This document shows positions 37,222 to 47,354 of a DNA stretch of 64,000 nt, piece after piece (the first letter of the stretch is position 1; the number at the start of each line of letters is the position of its first letter). Both the position numbers and the translations under genes were made by a program. The notes under the pieces are model-generated. The model ran no database searches and was not told the DNA's origin. It saw only the letters and a list, made by a program, of their open reading frames with translations. The stretch spans positions 124,001-188,000 of the IMG/VR virus record IMGVR_UViG_3300017917_001996, one strand, 5' to 3'.

Positions 37222-40200
37222 TGGATGCTTTAATTATTCGTAGGGGTGGAGGTACTACTAGCACAGCAACTGTGAGTATTTCTAATGTTGTTATTGCAGA
37301 TTTGCAAACCGTGTCGCCGACTGCGGTTAATATCGATTCTGTTGCTAATGTGACTGTAAATGGTTCAGGATTCAGTAACATCAGCTCAATTTCAATTGGC
37401 GGTGAAACAGTAACTAATTATACCGTACTAAGCACTTCTCAGATAAGAATCAACCAATTACCTTCTCTTGCCAGCGGGTTATATGATCTTGTATTAAAAT
37501 ATTCAAGTGGACAACAAGCTGTTATTTTTTCTATACAGTACCAAAACGAAAAACCGGTCTGGAGCACTCAACCGTCATCAATATATATTATTCCCGGGGA
37601 ATCTGTAAGTTCTAGCATTCTCTCAGATTACAGCAATTCTTTTGGAGAAACCTACGAGTTATCGGCAAATACTTCGTTACCTACAGGATTGTCTTTATCG
37701 TCAAACGGAGCATTAACAGGAACAGTTAGCGTGTCCAATGTTGGTACTTATCCTATAACAGTGTTATCAAAAGATGCTTTTAATCAAACAACTGCTCAAA
37801 CATTCAACATAGTTGTACGAGATAATAGGTATGACGCATCAAATTTAGCAATATCTACAGACTATGGAAATTTCAGATCTTATCAACAGATCAGTAAGGT
37901 CAGTAGTGTTGATTACCTAACAACAGTTTTTCAAGGTAGCGGCTATTCTGACAGCAACCCTAAAATACACGATGTTAGGTTTTCTACAGACGGGTATTAC
38001 ATGTACTCCGTATCTTCAATTATACACTCATTGGTTCAATATTATTGTACAACACCATGGGCAGTTTCAACAGCCCGTGTAATTTCATATGTTGACCTAA
38101 GCAGTCTGCTTCAGCCTGGATCCTTTTCTTGGACCGGTGGTATCTATTTCAAACCGGACGGTTCTAAATTATACATCGCCGGTCGTACCAGTGGTAATTC
38201 AGGAATATTGTACGAATGTAATTTATCAAGAAGTTGGATGATCTCTTCGATTATGTATTCCGGGTCTCAATCTATAAGCGCCTATAACAGCACGCCTGGA
38301 TCTGTGTATTTTAAACCTGATGGAACAAGAGCATGGATTTTTGACGCTTTTACTAGCAGCGTCAAGGAATGGAATTTATCTCAAGCCTGGAACATATCTA
38401 CATTGACTTATTCCAAGTCGTTGCAGTTTAGTCCCTCTGATAATGCATATCCTCCGAACGTTAGTTTATCGATAAACGATATTGGAACAATTTTTTATTA
38501 CTCATCTGGTACCGGTTTGAATATTGTTAATTTCAGAGGATGCACAATGTCGCCAGCATGGACATTGCCTGCCTCTCTGAGCGTAACTACTAATATCAAT
38601 TACACACTTCCATCTAATGGCGTAGCCGATCAGACTCCGTCTGGTGTAGTAGTAATTAACGACACTCCATTGGTCGCAATAACTGAAAGATTTTTTTATG
38701 ATCTAACAGCATCTCCGTATTCTTTTTACAGTCCTAGAAATATGGTAAATTTTAAAGATAACGATAATATAAACGGAAATGCATATACCCTGTCAGGATC
38801 TATTTTAGTTAGTTTAGGATCATTGGCACCTGCTCAATTACCGGTAATCGGAACAGCGTCTTCTTTTTGTTTTGACGCATATGGCAAAAATGCTTATATA
38901 GTATCAGTATCTGGATCTGAAAAAATTATCACGAGATTAACAGGATCCACTTCCCAGTGGTCGGTATCCGAGTATGCTAAAGTGTCTCAGTCGATGGGGG
39001 ATGTGGCTAAAATTGCAATTAGCAGGGACGGAGGAAAATTATTTTTACTTGAAGCTGCTGCTAAAAAGATTCATTTGTTTAATTTAACCAACAAATATAG
39101 TATTTCAAAGATTCAATATAGTCAAGCATACACATTAAATCTTAAAGGCACCATAAAGTCATTTCAATTTTCCAAAGACGGCAAAGAGGTTAATTTTTTA
39201 GTTAATTCTATCATATATAGATATCCTTTGACAGTGGCTTGGGATCTATCTACTATGACGTCGGCTACTAGTTTTAGAACTGTTGATTCAGCGGCAACCA
39301 GTTTTACCATTGATTATCAAACAAAAAGTTTGGTCACTGTTTCGTCATCAAAAATAGAAACTTATTCTAATTTTACCAGCATTGATCTAGCAGGCTGGAC
39401 TATTGATACTTCTGTAATAGATGGTTCTAGTTCTAGTTTAAATTTTAGTACCGACGGAACAAAAATGTATATATACGGAACTTCTGACAATTCATTGGTA
39501 CAATTTGAGTTACAAACAGCATGGGATCCAACCACAGCTCAATCTTTTTATAAATTAACAGCAAACGAATTGTTTGAGCAAGCAGTAGGAGCACTGATAG
39601 CCTTTGCATTTAAGAGCGATGGGTCCAAATTATTTGCAGTATTTAATACGGGTGATGTTGTTAAACAGTACACACTTACCAGACCTTGGGAAATTGCATC
39701 GTTAACGTATGATAATATATCATTTAGTATTACTTCACAGGAAACTACACCAACAGGAATTTATGTTAGTCCGGACGGCACACGAATGTATGTAATTGGA
39801 TCAACTGGTGATAAAGTAAATGAGTACGCACTATCAGTTGGTTGGGATCTCAGTACTGCTAGTTTCACTAGATCGATAAGCATTGCAACACAAGAATCCG
39901 CATCAAGTGATGTGTATTTTAAATCCGACGGCACACGAATGTATGTAATTGGTACTGGCAGTGACAACGTAAATGAGTATAGTTTGTCAACGGCTTGGAA
40001 TGTCAGTACTGCTAGCTATGTAAGAGCATTTAGTGTCGCTACACAAGAAACAAACTCCTCGGGATTTGCTTTTAATTCCGACGGTACTCGAATGTATCTA
40101 CTCGGAACAACAGCTGACACAGTATTTGTTTACAATCTAGGTACAGGTTGGGATATGTCAACAGCGTCTTATTCTGGTAGTTCTTATAAAATAATCCAGC

Positions 40201-40928
40201 CTGACACAACCTATAATGGAATGCGTTTTAAACCAGACGGAACCTCAGTATTTTTAATTGGAACACTTAGAGATACCATAACCGAATATCGATTAAGTAC
40301 ACCATGGATGATTTCCACGGCCAAATACTATAAAACTGCTGGAACTACAGTTGCCGCACAAGATACTACATCTACAGGATTGTTTTTTAAACCAGATGGA
40401 TTACAGGTATTTGTTGTTGGGTCGACCAACGATTCGGTATACTCATACACATTGTCTTCTGCCTGGGAAATACAAACCCTAACATTTTCGGCAAACGTCA
40501 GTGTTGCAGCAAAAGAAACCACGCCAAGAGATGTATATTTTAAAACAGACGGCACAAAGATGTACATATTAGGTTCGGCTAGCGACAATGTTCACGAATA
40601 CACACTATCAACACCCTGGGATATAACTACAGCAGTGTTTAGCCAATCTTTATCCATATCTGCAAAAGAAATTAATTCCAGCGGAATAAAGTTTAATAAC
40701 GATGGTACAAAAATGTACATAATTGGAACTACCAGTGACAGTGTTATTGAATACAATCTTTCGTCTGCATGGAACATCAGCACTGCAACATTTGCAAGAC
40801 AATCTGCTGCAATAACATTGTACCAAGGAGCACCAGAATCAATCGACATTGATGATAGCGGAAAATATTGCTACGTAATCGGGTCAAGTAATACTAATAC
40901 CACGCTGATACAAATGAAGTTTGAATGA
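37221..40928 (+). CDS. Adhesin: IPT/TIG and Ig domains plus multiple beta-propeller repeats
   Basis: VTVNGSGF; LPTGLSLSSNG.LTGT; many ~50-aa F..DGT.MY..G...D.V.EY.LS..W..STA repeats. Confidence 0.75.
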   Translation: MDALIIRRGGGTTSTATVSISNVVIADLQTVSPTAVNIDSVANVTVNGSGFSNISSISIGGETVTNYTVLSTSQIRINQLPSLASGLYDLVLKYSSGQQAVIFSIQYQNEKPVWSTQPSSIYIIPGESVSSSILSDYSNSFGETYELSANTSLPTGLSLSSNGALTGTVSVSNVGTYPITVLSKDAFNQTTAQTFNIVVRDNRYDASNLAISTDYGNFRSYQQISKVSSVDYLTTVFQGSGYSDSNPKIHDVRFSTDGYYMYSVSSIIHSLVQYYCTTPWAVSTARVISYVDLSSLLQPGSFSWTGGIYFKPDGSKLYIAGRTSGNSGILYECNLSRSWMISSIMYSGSQSISAYNSTPGSVYFKPDGTRAWIFDAFTSSVKEWNLSQAWNISTLTYSKSLQFSPSDNAYPPNVSLSINDIGTIFYYSSGTGLNIVNFRGCTMSPAWTLPASLSVTTNINYTLPSNGVADQTPSGVVVINDTPLVAITERFFYDLTASPYSFYSPRNMVNFKDNDNINGNAYTLSGSILVSLGSLAPAQLPVIGTASSFCFDAYGKNAYIVSVSGSEKIITRLTGSTSQWSVSEYAKVSQSMGDVAKIAISRDGGKLFLLEAAAKKIHLFNLTNKYSISKIQYSQAYTLNLKGTIKSFQFSKDGKEVNFLVNSIIYRYPLTVAWDLSTMTSATSFRTVDSAATSFTIDYQTKSLVTVSSSKIETYSNFTSIDLAGWTIDTSVIDGSSSSLNFSTDGTKMYIYGTSDNSLVQFELQTAWDPTTAQSFYKLTANELFEQAVGALIAFAFKSDGSKLFAVFNTGDVVKQYTLTRPWEIASLTYDNISFSITSQETTPTGIYVSPDGTRMYVIGSTGDKVNEYALSVGWDLSTASFTRSISIATQESASSDVYFKSDGTRMYVIGTGSDNVNEYSLSTAWNVSTASYVRAFSVATQETNSSGFAFNSDGTRMYLLGTTADTVFVYNLGTGWDMSTASYSGSSYKIIQPDTTYNGMRFKPDGTSVFLIGTLRDTITEYRLSTPWMISTAKYYKTAGTTVAAQDTTSTGLFFKPDGLQVFVVGSTNDSVYSYTLSSAWEIQTLTFSANVSVAAKETTPRDVYFKTDGTKMYILGSASDNVHEYTLSTPWDITTAVFSQSLSISAKEINSSGIKFNNDGTKMYIIGTTSDSVIEYNLSSAWNISTATFARQSAAITLYQGAPESIDIDDSGKYCYVIGSSNTNTTLIQMKFE

Positions 40929-40952
40929 GATAAATTACTTTTTTAATAAATT

Positions 40953-40960
40953 AATAAATA
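40953..40960 (+). promoter_or_regulatory. Late promoter box (AATAAATA)
   Basis: Intergenic TAAATA. Confidence 0.6.
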
Positions 40961-40985
40961 TCCATAATATGGAGATATCTGGACC

Positions 40986-41921
40986 GTGTCTATTTTAAAA
41001 GTTGAACCAAGTGCAATAAACACAGAAGCAGAATTCTCTTTTGCTAACATCTCTGTAGAAGGAAACATTACTGTTGGTACAGCAGTAATTTCAGCCACAG
41101 AAACAGGTGATATTGCTTTTACGACACCTGCTGGTGCAATTGAATTTAATTCAAATACCGTTAACTTTTTAAGCAATGTTGCTGTTGAAGGACCGCAAGG
41201 TACTGTCGGTTATACAGGCAGTGCTGGTGCAAATGGCACGATTGGTGTTGATGGCTATACTGGCAGCGCGGGTACAAATGGATTTACAGGTAGTATTGGT
41301 TACACAGGCAGCGCAGCCACTACAGGCATTATTACAACAAGCAACACGGCACCAGTAAGCCCTTCGGCCGGCGATTGGTGGTATTATACTACCAGCGATG
41401 TTTTACTTCGTTACATGAATGTTGGAACAGGAACACACTGGATTGATGTATCTGGCCCAACTTATAATTTTGGAATTAGTTCAGTGACTACAACCGAGAT
41501 TAATTTGTCAGCAGGAATTCCAACTTCAATTGAATACTTGATCGTTGCCGGCGGCGGAGGTGGTGGTACAGGAAGCTGGACTCAATATGGCGGCGGTGGC
41601 GGCGGATCTTACACTACCTATAGAGGAACAGGTGGCGGAGGCGTTGGTATTCTTGGACAAGGTGCAAACGGCGCCGCCGGTACATCTGTATATACATCTG
41701 GAGCACCTACTGCCGGCGGTGGTGGATCGGGCGGAACTAACGGAACAGTAACATTAGGTAACGATCTTAAAACAGGCGGCCCGTACGGTGGTGCAGGGGG
41801 ATCTTTTGCAACAGGGTTTTCTTCCGCTAACGCAGGTTGGCTAGCAGGCGCAGCAGGTGCAGTTCGTATTATTTGGGGTACAGGCAGGGCGTTTCCGTCA
41901 ACAAACACAGCAGATATATGA
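40986..41921 (+). CDS. Fibre protein: duplicated anchor, GYTGS stalk and Gly-rich tip
   Basis: GTG start with GGAG upstream; N-terminus paralogous to 36640; AP.SP..GDWW motif; IEYLIVAGGG. Confidence 0.7.
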   Translation: MSILKVEPSAINTEAEFSFANISVEGNITVGTAVISATETGDIAFTTPAGAIEFNSNTVNFLSNVAVEGPQGTVGYTGSAGANGTIGVDGYTGSAGTNGFTGSIGYTGSAATTGIITTSNTAPVSPSAGDWWYYTTSDVLLRYMNVGTGTHWIDVSGPTYNFGISSVTTTEINLSAGIPTSIEYLIVAGGGGGGTGSWTQYGGGGGGSYTTYRGTGGGGVGILGQGANGAAGTSVYTSGAPTAGGGGSGGTNGTVTLGNDLKTGGPYGGAGGSFATGFSSANAGWLAGAAGAVRIIWGTGRAFPSTNTADI

Positions 41922-41933
41922 TAAAAATTTATA

Positions 41934-41941
41934 GCTAAATA
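41934..41941 (+). promoter_or_regulatory. Late promoter box (GCTAAATA)
   Basis: Intergenic TAAATA. Confidence 0.6.
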
Positions 41942-41972
41942 AGTAATAACGCCAATAGGGAGATATGGAACT

Positions 41973-44684
41973 GTGGCAAACAAGAACTTTGTAGTTAAGA
42001 ATGGCCTTACGGTTGGTAACTTAACTATCGATGCCGATTCAGGCAATATAACAACAACTGGTAACATTGTAACTTCAGGGATTCAAACTGATTCCTATTT
42101 CTTTGCCAACGGCGCTCCGTTTACTAATTTAGGCTATACTGGTAGTATCGGATTCACCGGAAGCACTGGTTCACAAGGGTCTATTGGATTTACTGGCAGT
42201 GTAGGACCGGGAGTGCCAGCTGGTGGCGCAGCAGGCACTTACCTAGTAAAAAATTCAATTACAGATTACGACACAGGTTGGACAGATAGAGTAAATGCTA
42301 AAACTATCTACGAAACTGTTAAAAATACTACTTTAAGCACAATTAATAAAGGCACGCCGGTCTATCAATCCGGAATGGCAGGCAACACAGTTACTGTGGG
42401 TCTAGCTCGTGCCGATGACCCAAATAAACTAGCCATTGGTGTACTTGACGAAAACATACTCCCTGAAGCTGAAGGTAGGATGTTGGTCCTGGGCGAAATT
42501 AAAGGTGTTGACACTTCGGCTTTTACTGTCGGTGACGAAGTATATCTGGGCGAAACTGGTGGATATACTAATGTTCCGCCCACTGGCGCTAACGTAGCTA
42601 GACAATTCTTAGGTGTAGTATTTAGAGTAAGTGACACCAATGGTTCTGGATACATTACGGGAACGTTAACACCAGACAGCATCAAATACACCAATGGTAG
42701 TTTCTACGGTTGGACTGGTACTCAGTGGGACTTATTAGAAACACAAGGCAACGTTGGTTATACTGGTAGCGCAGGTATTAATGGGTATACTGGTAGTCGA
42801 GGTGATACAGGTCTTGGATTTACTATTGCTAAGACATATGCTAGTGTTGCAGCATTAACAGCAGATACTAGCCCCACAGGAATAGTTGCTGGTCAATTTG
42901 CTATTATCGATACAGGTAATGTTAACGACACAGAAAATAGTAGACTTTATATTTGGAATGGGTCAAGCTATCAATACGTAAACGATTTATCGGGTGCAAT
43001 CGGTCTAACCGGTCCGCAAGGAACTGCTGGTTATACAGGTAGCAAAGGAGCCGATGGTACGATTGGTGTAGATGGCTACACAGGTAGCAAGGGTGACTTG
43101 GGTTACACAGGTAGCCAAGGTGTTCAAGGAACTACAGGTTATACTGGTAGTGTTGGGTACGCTGGTAGTAGCGGAGCTCTAAATAATTGGACAGTTATCA
43201 GTTCAAACTATACTACAGCAGACAAAGATAGATTAATATTAAACGCATCAGCTGGAACATTTACTGTAACTTTACCGGCTACTCCGAGTACTGGGTCTTA
43301 CATACAAATGACATCGGCATCGGATTTATCTGTTACCGATGTTACAGTTAACCCAAATGGTAATACCATTGAAGGTGACGCATCTGACATATTATTGGAT
43401 GTACCTAATTCTACCTTTGAGTTTATCTATGATGGCTCCACCTGGCAAATAACCAGTACCGCTGGCCCAAGAGGTTACCTAGGATCTGTTGGATACACAG
43501 GTAGCGCAGGATATACAGGTAGCGCCGGTGTAGGAGGCTATACTGGTAGCCGAGGTGATACTGGACTCGGATTTACCATTGCTAAAACTTATGCTAGTGT
43601 TGCAGCATTAACAGCAGACACAAGTCCTACAAGTATTGTTGCAGGTCAGTTTGCTATTATTGAAACTGGTAATGTTGATGATGCAGAAAATTCTAGACTA
43701 TATCTTTGGAATGGTTCTAGTTATTCGTATGTAAATGACTTATCGGGCGCTGTTGGTTTAACTGGTCCTCAAGGATCTGCAGGTTACACAGGTAGTGCAG
43801 GCTCGCAAGGAACTATTGGTTACACAGGTAGCAAAGGAGCCGATGGTACTATAGGTGTAGATGGTTACACAGGTAGCAAAGGAGACTTAGGTTACACCGG
43901 TAGCAAAGGAGCCGATGGTACTATAGGTGTAGATGGTTATGCCGGCAGTCGAGGTGATACTGGTTATACAGGATCTAACGGTACCTTAGGATACACAGGC
44001 AGTTCTGGAAGTGGATATACCGGTAGTCAAGGTATACCGGGTGTAGTAACTAGCAGTTTAGTAGTTAACAACTTTACTGGAACAGGATCTCAAACGGTGT
44101 TTACGTTAACAGTAACACCAACTGATATCAATCAGACTTTAGTAGTAGTTGATGGTGTTGCACAACTTAGAAATGCATATTCCTTAAGCGGCACAACGTT
44201 GACATTTACTGAAGCCCCAGTTAACGATGCCCAAATCGAAGTTACGATTTTTGTTTACGGAACTTCGACTTTTGTAAATAGACTTTATACAGGTGACGGT
44301 TCTGCTAATGCGTTTACAGTTACTAGTGGAGTTACAAACAATAGCGTTATAGTAACTGATAACGGTATCGTTCAACGACCGGTTACTGATTACACTGTTT
44401 CTGGATCAACAATAACTTTTGTAACTACACCAGCAAACGGATCAAGTATTCAAATTAGAGAGATTCCGGCCGGTGTTGTAGGATATACTGGTAGTGCTGG
44501 TACAAATGGGTACACTGGTTCAGCTGGTACCGATGGATACACAGGTAGTGCTGGTGCAAATGGGTACACTGGTTCAGCTGGTACCAATGGATACACAGGT
44601 AGTGCTGGTGTAGGATATACAGGTAGTGTTGGATCAGGGTCTATGGCAGCAACTGTAGGTTATTCATTGGTATTTGGATTATAA
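41973..44684 (+). CDS. Mosaic collagen-like fibre stalk with a T4 gp9/gp10/gp34-like domain
   Basis: NKNFVVKNGL start; GYTGS arrays; FTVTLPATP..G and VNPNGNTIEG...IY.G.TW domain; ends VGYSLVFGL. Confidence 0.75.
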   Translation: MANKNFVVKNGLTVGNLTIDADSGNITTTGNIVTSGIQTDSYFFANGAPFTNLGYTGSIGFTGSTGSQGSIGFTGSVGPGVPAGGAAGTYLVKNSITDYDTGWTDRVNAKTIYETVKNTTLSTINKGTPVYQSGMAGNTVTVGLARADDPNKLAIGVLDENILPEAEGRMLVLGEIKGVDTSAFTVGDEVYLGETGGYTNVPPTGANVARQFLGVVFRVSDTNGSGYITGTLTPDSIKYTNGSFYGWTGTQWDLLETQGNVGYTGSAGINGYTGSRGDTGLGFTIAKTYASVAALTADTSPTGIVAGQFAIIDTGNVNDTENSRLYIWNGSSYQYVNDLSGAIGLTGPQGTAGYTGSKGADGTIGVDGYTGSKGDLGYTGSQGVQGTTGYTGSVGYAGSSGALNNWTVISSNYTTADKDRLILNASAGTFTVTLPATPSTGSYIQMTSASDLSVTDVTVNPNGNTIEGDASDILLDVPNSTFEFIYDGSTWQITSTAGPRGYLGSVGYTGSAGYTGSAGVGGYTGSRGDTGLGFTIAKTYASVAALTADTSPTSIVAGQFAIIETGNVDDAENSRLYLWNGSSYSYVNDLSGAVGLTGPQGSAGYTGSAGSQGTIGYTGSKGADGTIGVDGYTGSKGDLGYTGSKGADGTIGVDGYAGSRGDTGYTGSNGTLGYTGSSGSGYTGSQGIPGVVTSSLVVNNFTGTGSQTVFTLTVTPTDINQTLVVVDGVAQLRNAYSLSGTTLTFTEAPVNDAQIEVTIFVYGTSTFVNRLYTGDGSANAFTVTSGVTNNSVIVTDNGIVQRPVTDYTVSGSTITFVTTPANGSSIQIREIPAGVVGYTGSAGTNGYTGSAGTDGYTGSAGANGYTGSAGTNGYTGSAGVGYTGSVGSGSMAATVGYSLVFGL
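42783..43022 (+). repeat. 80-aa module, copy 1 of 3 (others at 43536-43775 and 52826-53065)
   Basis: [70 protein letters not shown]. Confidence 0.9.
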
Positions 44685-44699
44685 AGGATATAAAATAAA

Positions 44700-45071
44700 A
44701 TGGCAGCACCAAATTTAATCGGCGCAACAACAATTAACGGTAAGACAACAGGAGCAAACTTGACAACCACAAGCGCAACTACTGTTTTGAACAATCCTGC
44801 AAGTAGTGGTAAATGTTTAAAAGTTAATACATTAAACGTTGCTAACTATGGAGCTTCTGCTGCAAATATTTCTATAGCTTGGAATAACGCAGCAAACTTA
44901 AGTGGTACCGATTTCGCTATTGCCGGAAACATTTCAGTTCCCGGCGGCAGTACACTAAATATCATCGATAAAACAAGTCAATACTACTTAGAAGAAAATC
45001 AGAGTTTAGGGGCAACTGCAGGCACAGCAAATACATTAGTGGTTACGTGTAGTTACGAGGATATAAGTTAA
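44700..45071 (+). CDS. ~120-aa fibre adaptor-family protein
   Basis: MAAPNL / LKVNTL.VAN / VPGGSTL.IIDK / YYLEE / SYEDIS; TAATG-coupled to the next gene. Confidence 0.7.
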   Translation: MAAPNLIGATTINGKTTGANLTTTSATTVLNNPASSGKCLKVNTLNVANYGASAANISIAWNNAANLSGTDFAIAGNISVPGGSTLNIIDKTSQYYLEENQSLGATAGTANTLVVTCSYEDIS

Positions 45072-46000
45072 TGGTTAAAAGATATTTTGCTGGCGTTATT
45101 AGTGCGACACAACCGACACCAAATAACATTGTTGCAAGTGGATTTTTTAATACGACTCAGCAAACGCAATTACAGCAATCAAATCAGTGGCCTCTTCCTA
45201 TTCCCCCTTTTGATTCAGTAGAATATTTAGTTGTCGCAGGCGGCGGATCAGGAGGACGAGGACAGTCAGGTGGAGGAGGCGCGGGTGGTCTACGCACAGG
45301 AACTTTGTCTGGTATTTCTACTGGAGTAACATATACAGTTACGGTAGGAGCCGGTGGCGCCGCCCAAGCTACGTCAGAGGCACGAGGAAACAACGGTAAT
45401 GATAGTGTATTCCATACTATAACAAGCACTGGTGGCGGTGGTGGCGGATCGTATGGTACTGGCCCGGGTAAATCAGGAGGTTCAGGTGGTGGTGCCGGCT
45501 CTGCCCCCGGTGGACCACATTCCGGTGGAACTGCAACAAGTGGTCAAGGTAACAACGGTGGCGGAACACCTTCATACTCTGCACCGTACCGCGGCGGCGG
45601 TGGCGGTGGCGCCGGCGCAGCAGGCGCAGCAGGTAATGTGTCTGGAAACGGTGGAATTGGTTTGCAATCTAGTATAACTGGAACCGCTACTTATTATGCG
45701 GGTGGCGGAGGAGGCGGCGCTTATTCCGACACATCGGGTACAGGCGGTCAGGGAGGAGGCGGCGGCGGATCCCTTACTAATAATGGCGACGGTATCAGTG
45801 GCACTGCTAACACAGGTGGAGGTGGCGGTGGTACAGGTTACCCTGGCGGCAACGGCGCAGCTGGTGGATCGGGTATAGTTGTTATAAGATATTCGGCCGT
45901 TCATCCTTTAGCTTCTTCGACTACTGGTTCTCCTACTGTTACAACCTCGGGTGGATATAGAATATATACATTTACTAGTTCAGGATCAATAACTTTTTAA
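45071..46000 (+). CDS. Glycine-rich adhesin (polyglycine, gp38-like composition)
   Basis: VEYLVVAGGG, YTVTVGAGG, YYAGGGGG, GGSGIVVIRY; ends YTFTSSGSITF. Confidence 0.75.
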   Translation: MVKRYFAGVISATQPTPNNIVASGFFNTTQQTQLQQSNQWPLPIPPFDSVEYLVVAGGGSGGRGQSGGGGAGGLRTGTLSGISTGVTYTVTVGAGGAAQATSEARGNNGNDSVFHTITSTGGGGGGSYGTGPGKSGGSGGGAGSAPGGPHSGGTATSGQGNNGGGTPSYSAPYRGGGGGGAGAAGAAGNVSGNGGIGLQSSITGTATYYAGGGGGGAYSDTSGTGGQGGGGGGSLTNNGDGISGTANTGGGGGGTGYPGGNGAAGGSGIVVIRYSAVHPLASSTTGSPTVTTSGGYRIYTFTSSGSITF

Positions 46001-46012
46001 AAGGATACATAA

Positions 46013-46381
46013 ATGGCACATTTTGCACAAATAGATGAAAACAACATTGTTCAACAAGTTATCGTTGTACACAATAACGAACTGTTAGACGAGAACGGTA
46101 TCGAACGAGAAATAAAAGGTATACAATTCTGCCAATCATTGCTTGGTGGTAATTGGGTACAAACTAGCTATAATGCTAATTTCAGAAAAAATTATGCTGG
46201 TCAAGGGTATACGTATGATTCAGTGAGAGATGCATTCATTCCACCGAAACCATACAATTCTTGGGTATTGAATGAAGATACATGTAACTGGGAAGCACCT
46301 GTTACTCACCCGACTGACGGAAAACTGTATGTTTGGGACGAAAGCACAGTGTCTTGGGTAGAAATAGCTCAAGGGGAATAA
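46013..46381 (+). CDS. MAHFAQID-family small protein, possible fibre chaperone or tip partner
   Basis: W.QTSYN...RKNYAG.GYTYD..RDAFIPPKPY.SW; paralog of 47355. Confidence 0.7.
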   Translation: MAHFAQIDENNIVQQVIVVHNNELLDENGIEREIKGIQFCQSLLGGNWVQTSYNANFRKNYAGQGYTYDSVRDAFIPPKPYNSWVLNEDTCNWEAPVTHPTDGKLYVWDESTVSWVEIAQGE

Positions 46382-46382
46382 T

Positions 46383-47342
46383 ATGGATATAGGACCGGGA
46401 ATTACAATAGGTGCAGGAATTTCTTACGTCGAATCGCCGGCACTTGCGTCAGTTGAATATTTAGTAGTTGCTGGCGGGGGTGGTGCCGGCGGAGCAGACA
46501 ATGGCCGCGGGGGCGGCGGCGGAGGCGGTGCAGGAGGATATCGATTATCGTCCTTATCAGTGACACCGGGTGTTGCGTACACTATTACTGTTGGTGCAGG
46601 GGGCGCAGGCGGCTCATATAATGCAGCTAATGGATCACAGGGCGGCGACTCTATATTTTCTACTATAACATCTACGGGTGGTGGATACGGCGGTAGAGCA
46701 GTCGTTAACGGTGGTAACGGAGGTTCTGGTGGCGGTGGTGGTGGTCGCCCTGGTCAGTCCGGAGGAACAGGAATAGCAGGTCAAGGTAACAACGGTGGCG
46801 CTAGTGGAGGAAACGGCGCTGCAGGCGGAGGCGGCGGCGCAGGCGCCGCAGGCGGAAATGCTGACACTAACGGTGGTTCAGGTGGCAACGGTCTTCAAAC
46901 AAGTATCAGCGGATCTGCAACATATTATGCAGGTGGCGGCTACGGTGGTACACCAGGTGGCGGTGGCGGTGCAGGCGGTGTAGGGGGCGCCCCGGCTCAG
47001 TCTGGTAATGGCGGCGTCGGCTTACAATGGGTTGACGGAAACTACTACGCAGGCGGCGGTGGCGGTTCCTATGGCACTGGCGGTAATGGTGGAGGTGGTG
47101 CTGGTGGTGGATTAGCACCAACTGGCAATGGTAAGAACGGTACTGCTAATACCGGAGGTGGAGCAGGTGCCGGATACAGTGTTGGAAGTACCGCTGGTGG
47201 CACCGGCGGCTCGGGTGTTGTAATTGTTAGATACTCAACTGCCTATGCACAAGCATCATCAACTACAGGATCCCCGACATATTCAGTTGTTGGGAATTAT
47301 AGATATTATAAATTTACTACCTCAGGTAGCATAAAATTCTAA
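46383..47342 (+). CDS. Glycine-rich adhesin, paralog of 45071
   Basis: Same motif order as 45071; ends YKFTTSGSIKF. Confidence 0.75.
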   Translation: MDIGPGITIGAGISYVESPALASVEYLVVAGGGGAGGADNGRGGGGGGGAGGYRLSSLSVTPGVAYTITVGAGGAGGSYNAANGSQGGDSIFSTITSTGGGYGGRAVVNGGNGGSGGGGGGRPGQSGGTGIAGQGNNGGASGGNGAAGGGGGAGAAGGNADTNGGSGGNGLQTSISGSATYYAGGGYGGTPGGGGGAGGVGGAPAQSGNGGVGLQWVDGNYYAGGGGGSYGTGGNGGGGAGGGLAPTGNGKNGTANTGGGAGAGYSVGSTAGGTGGSGVVIVRYSTAYAQASSTTGSPTYSVVGNYRYYKFTTSGSIKF

Positions 47343-47354
47343 TTAGGAGAAAAA

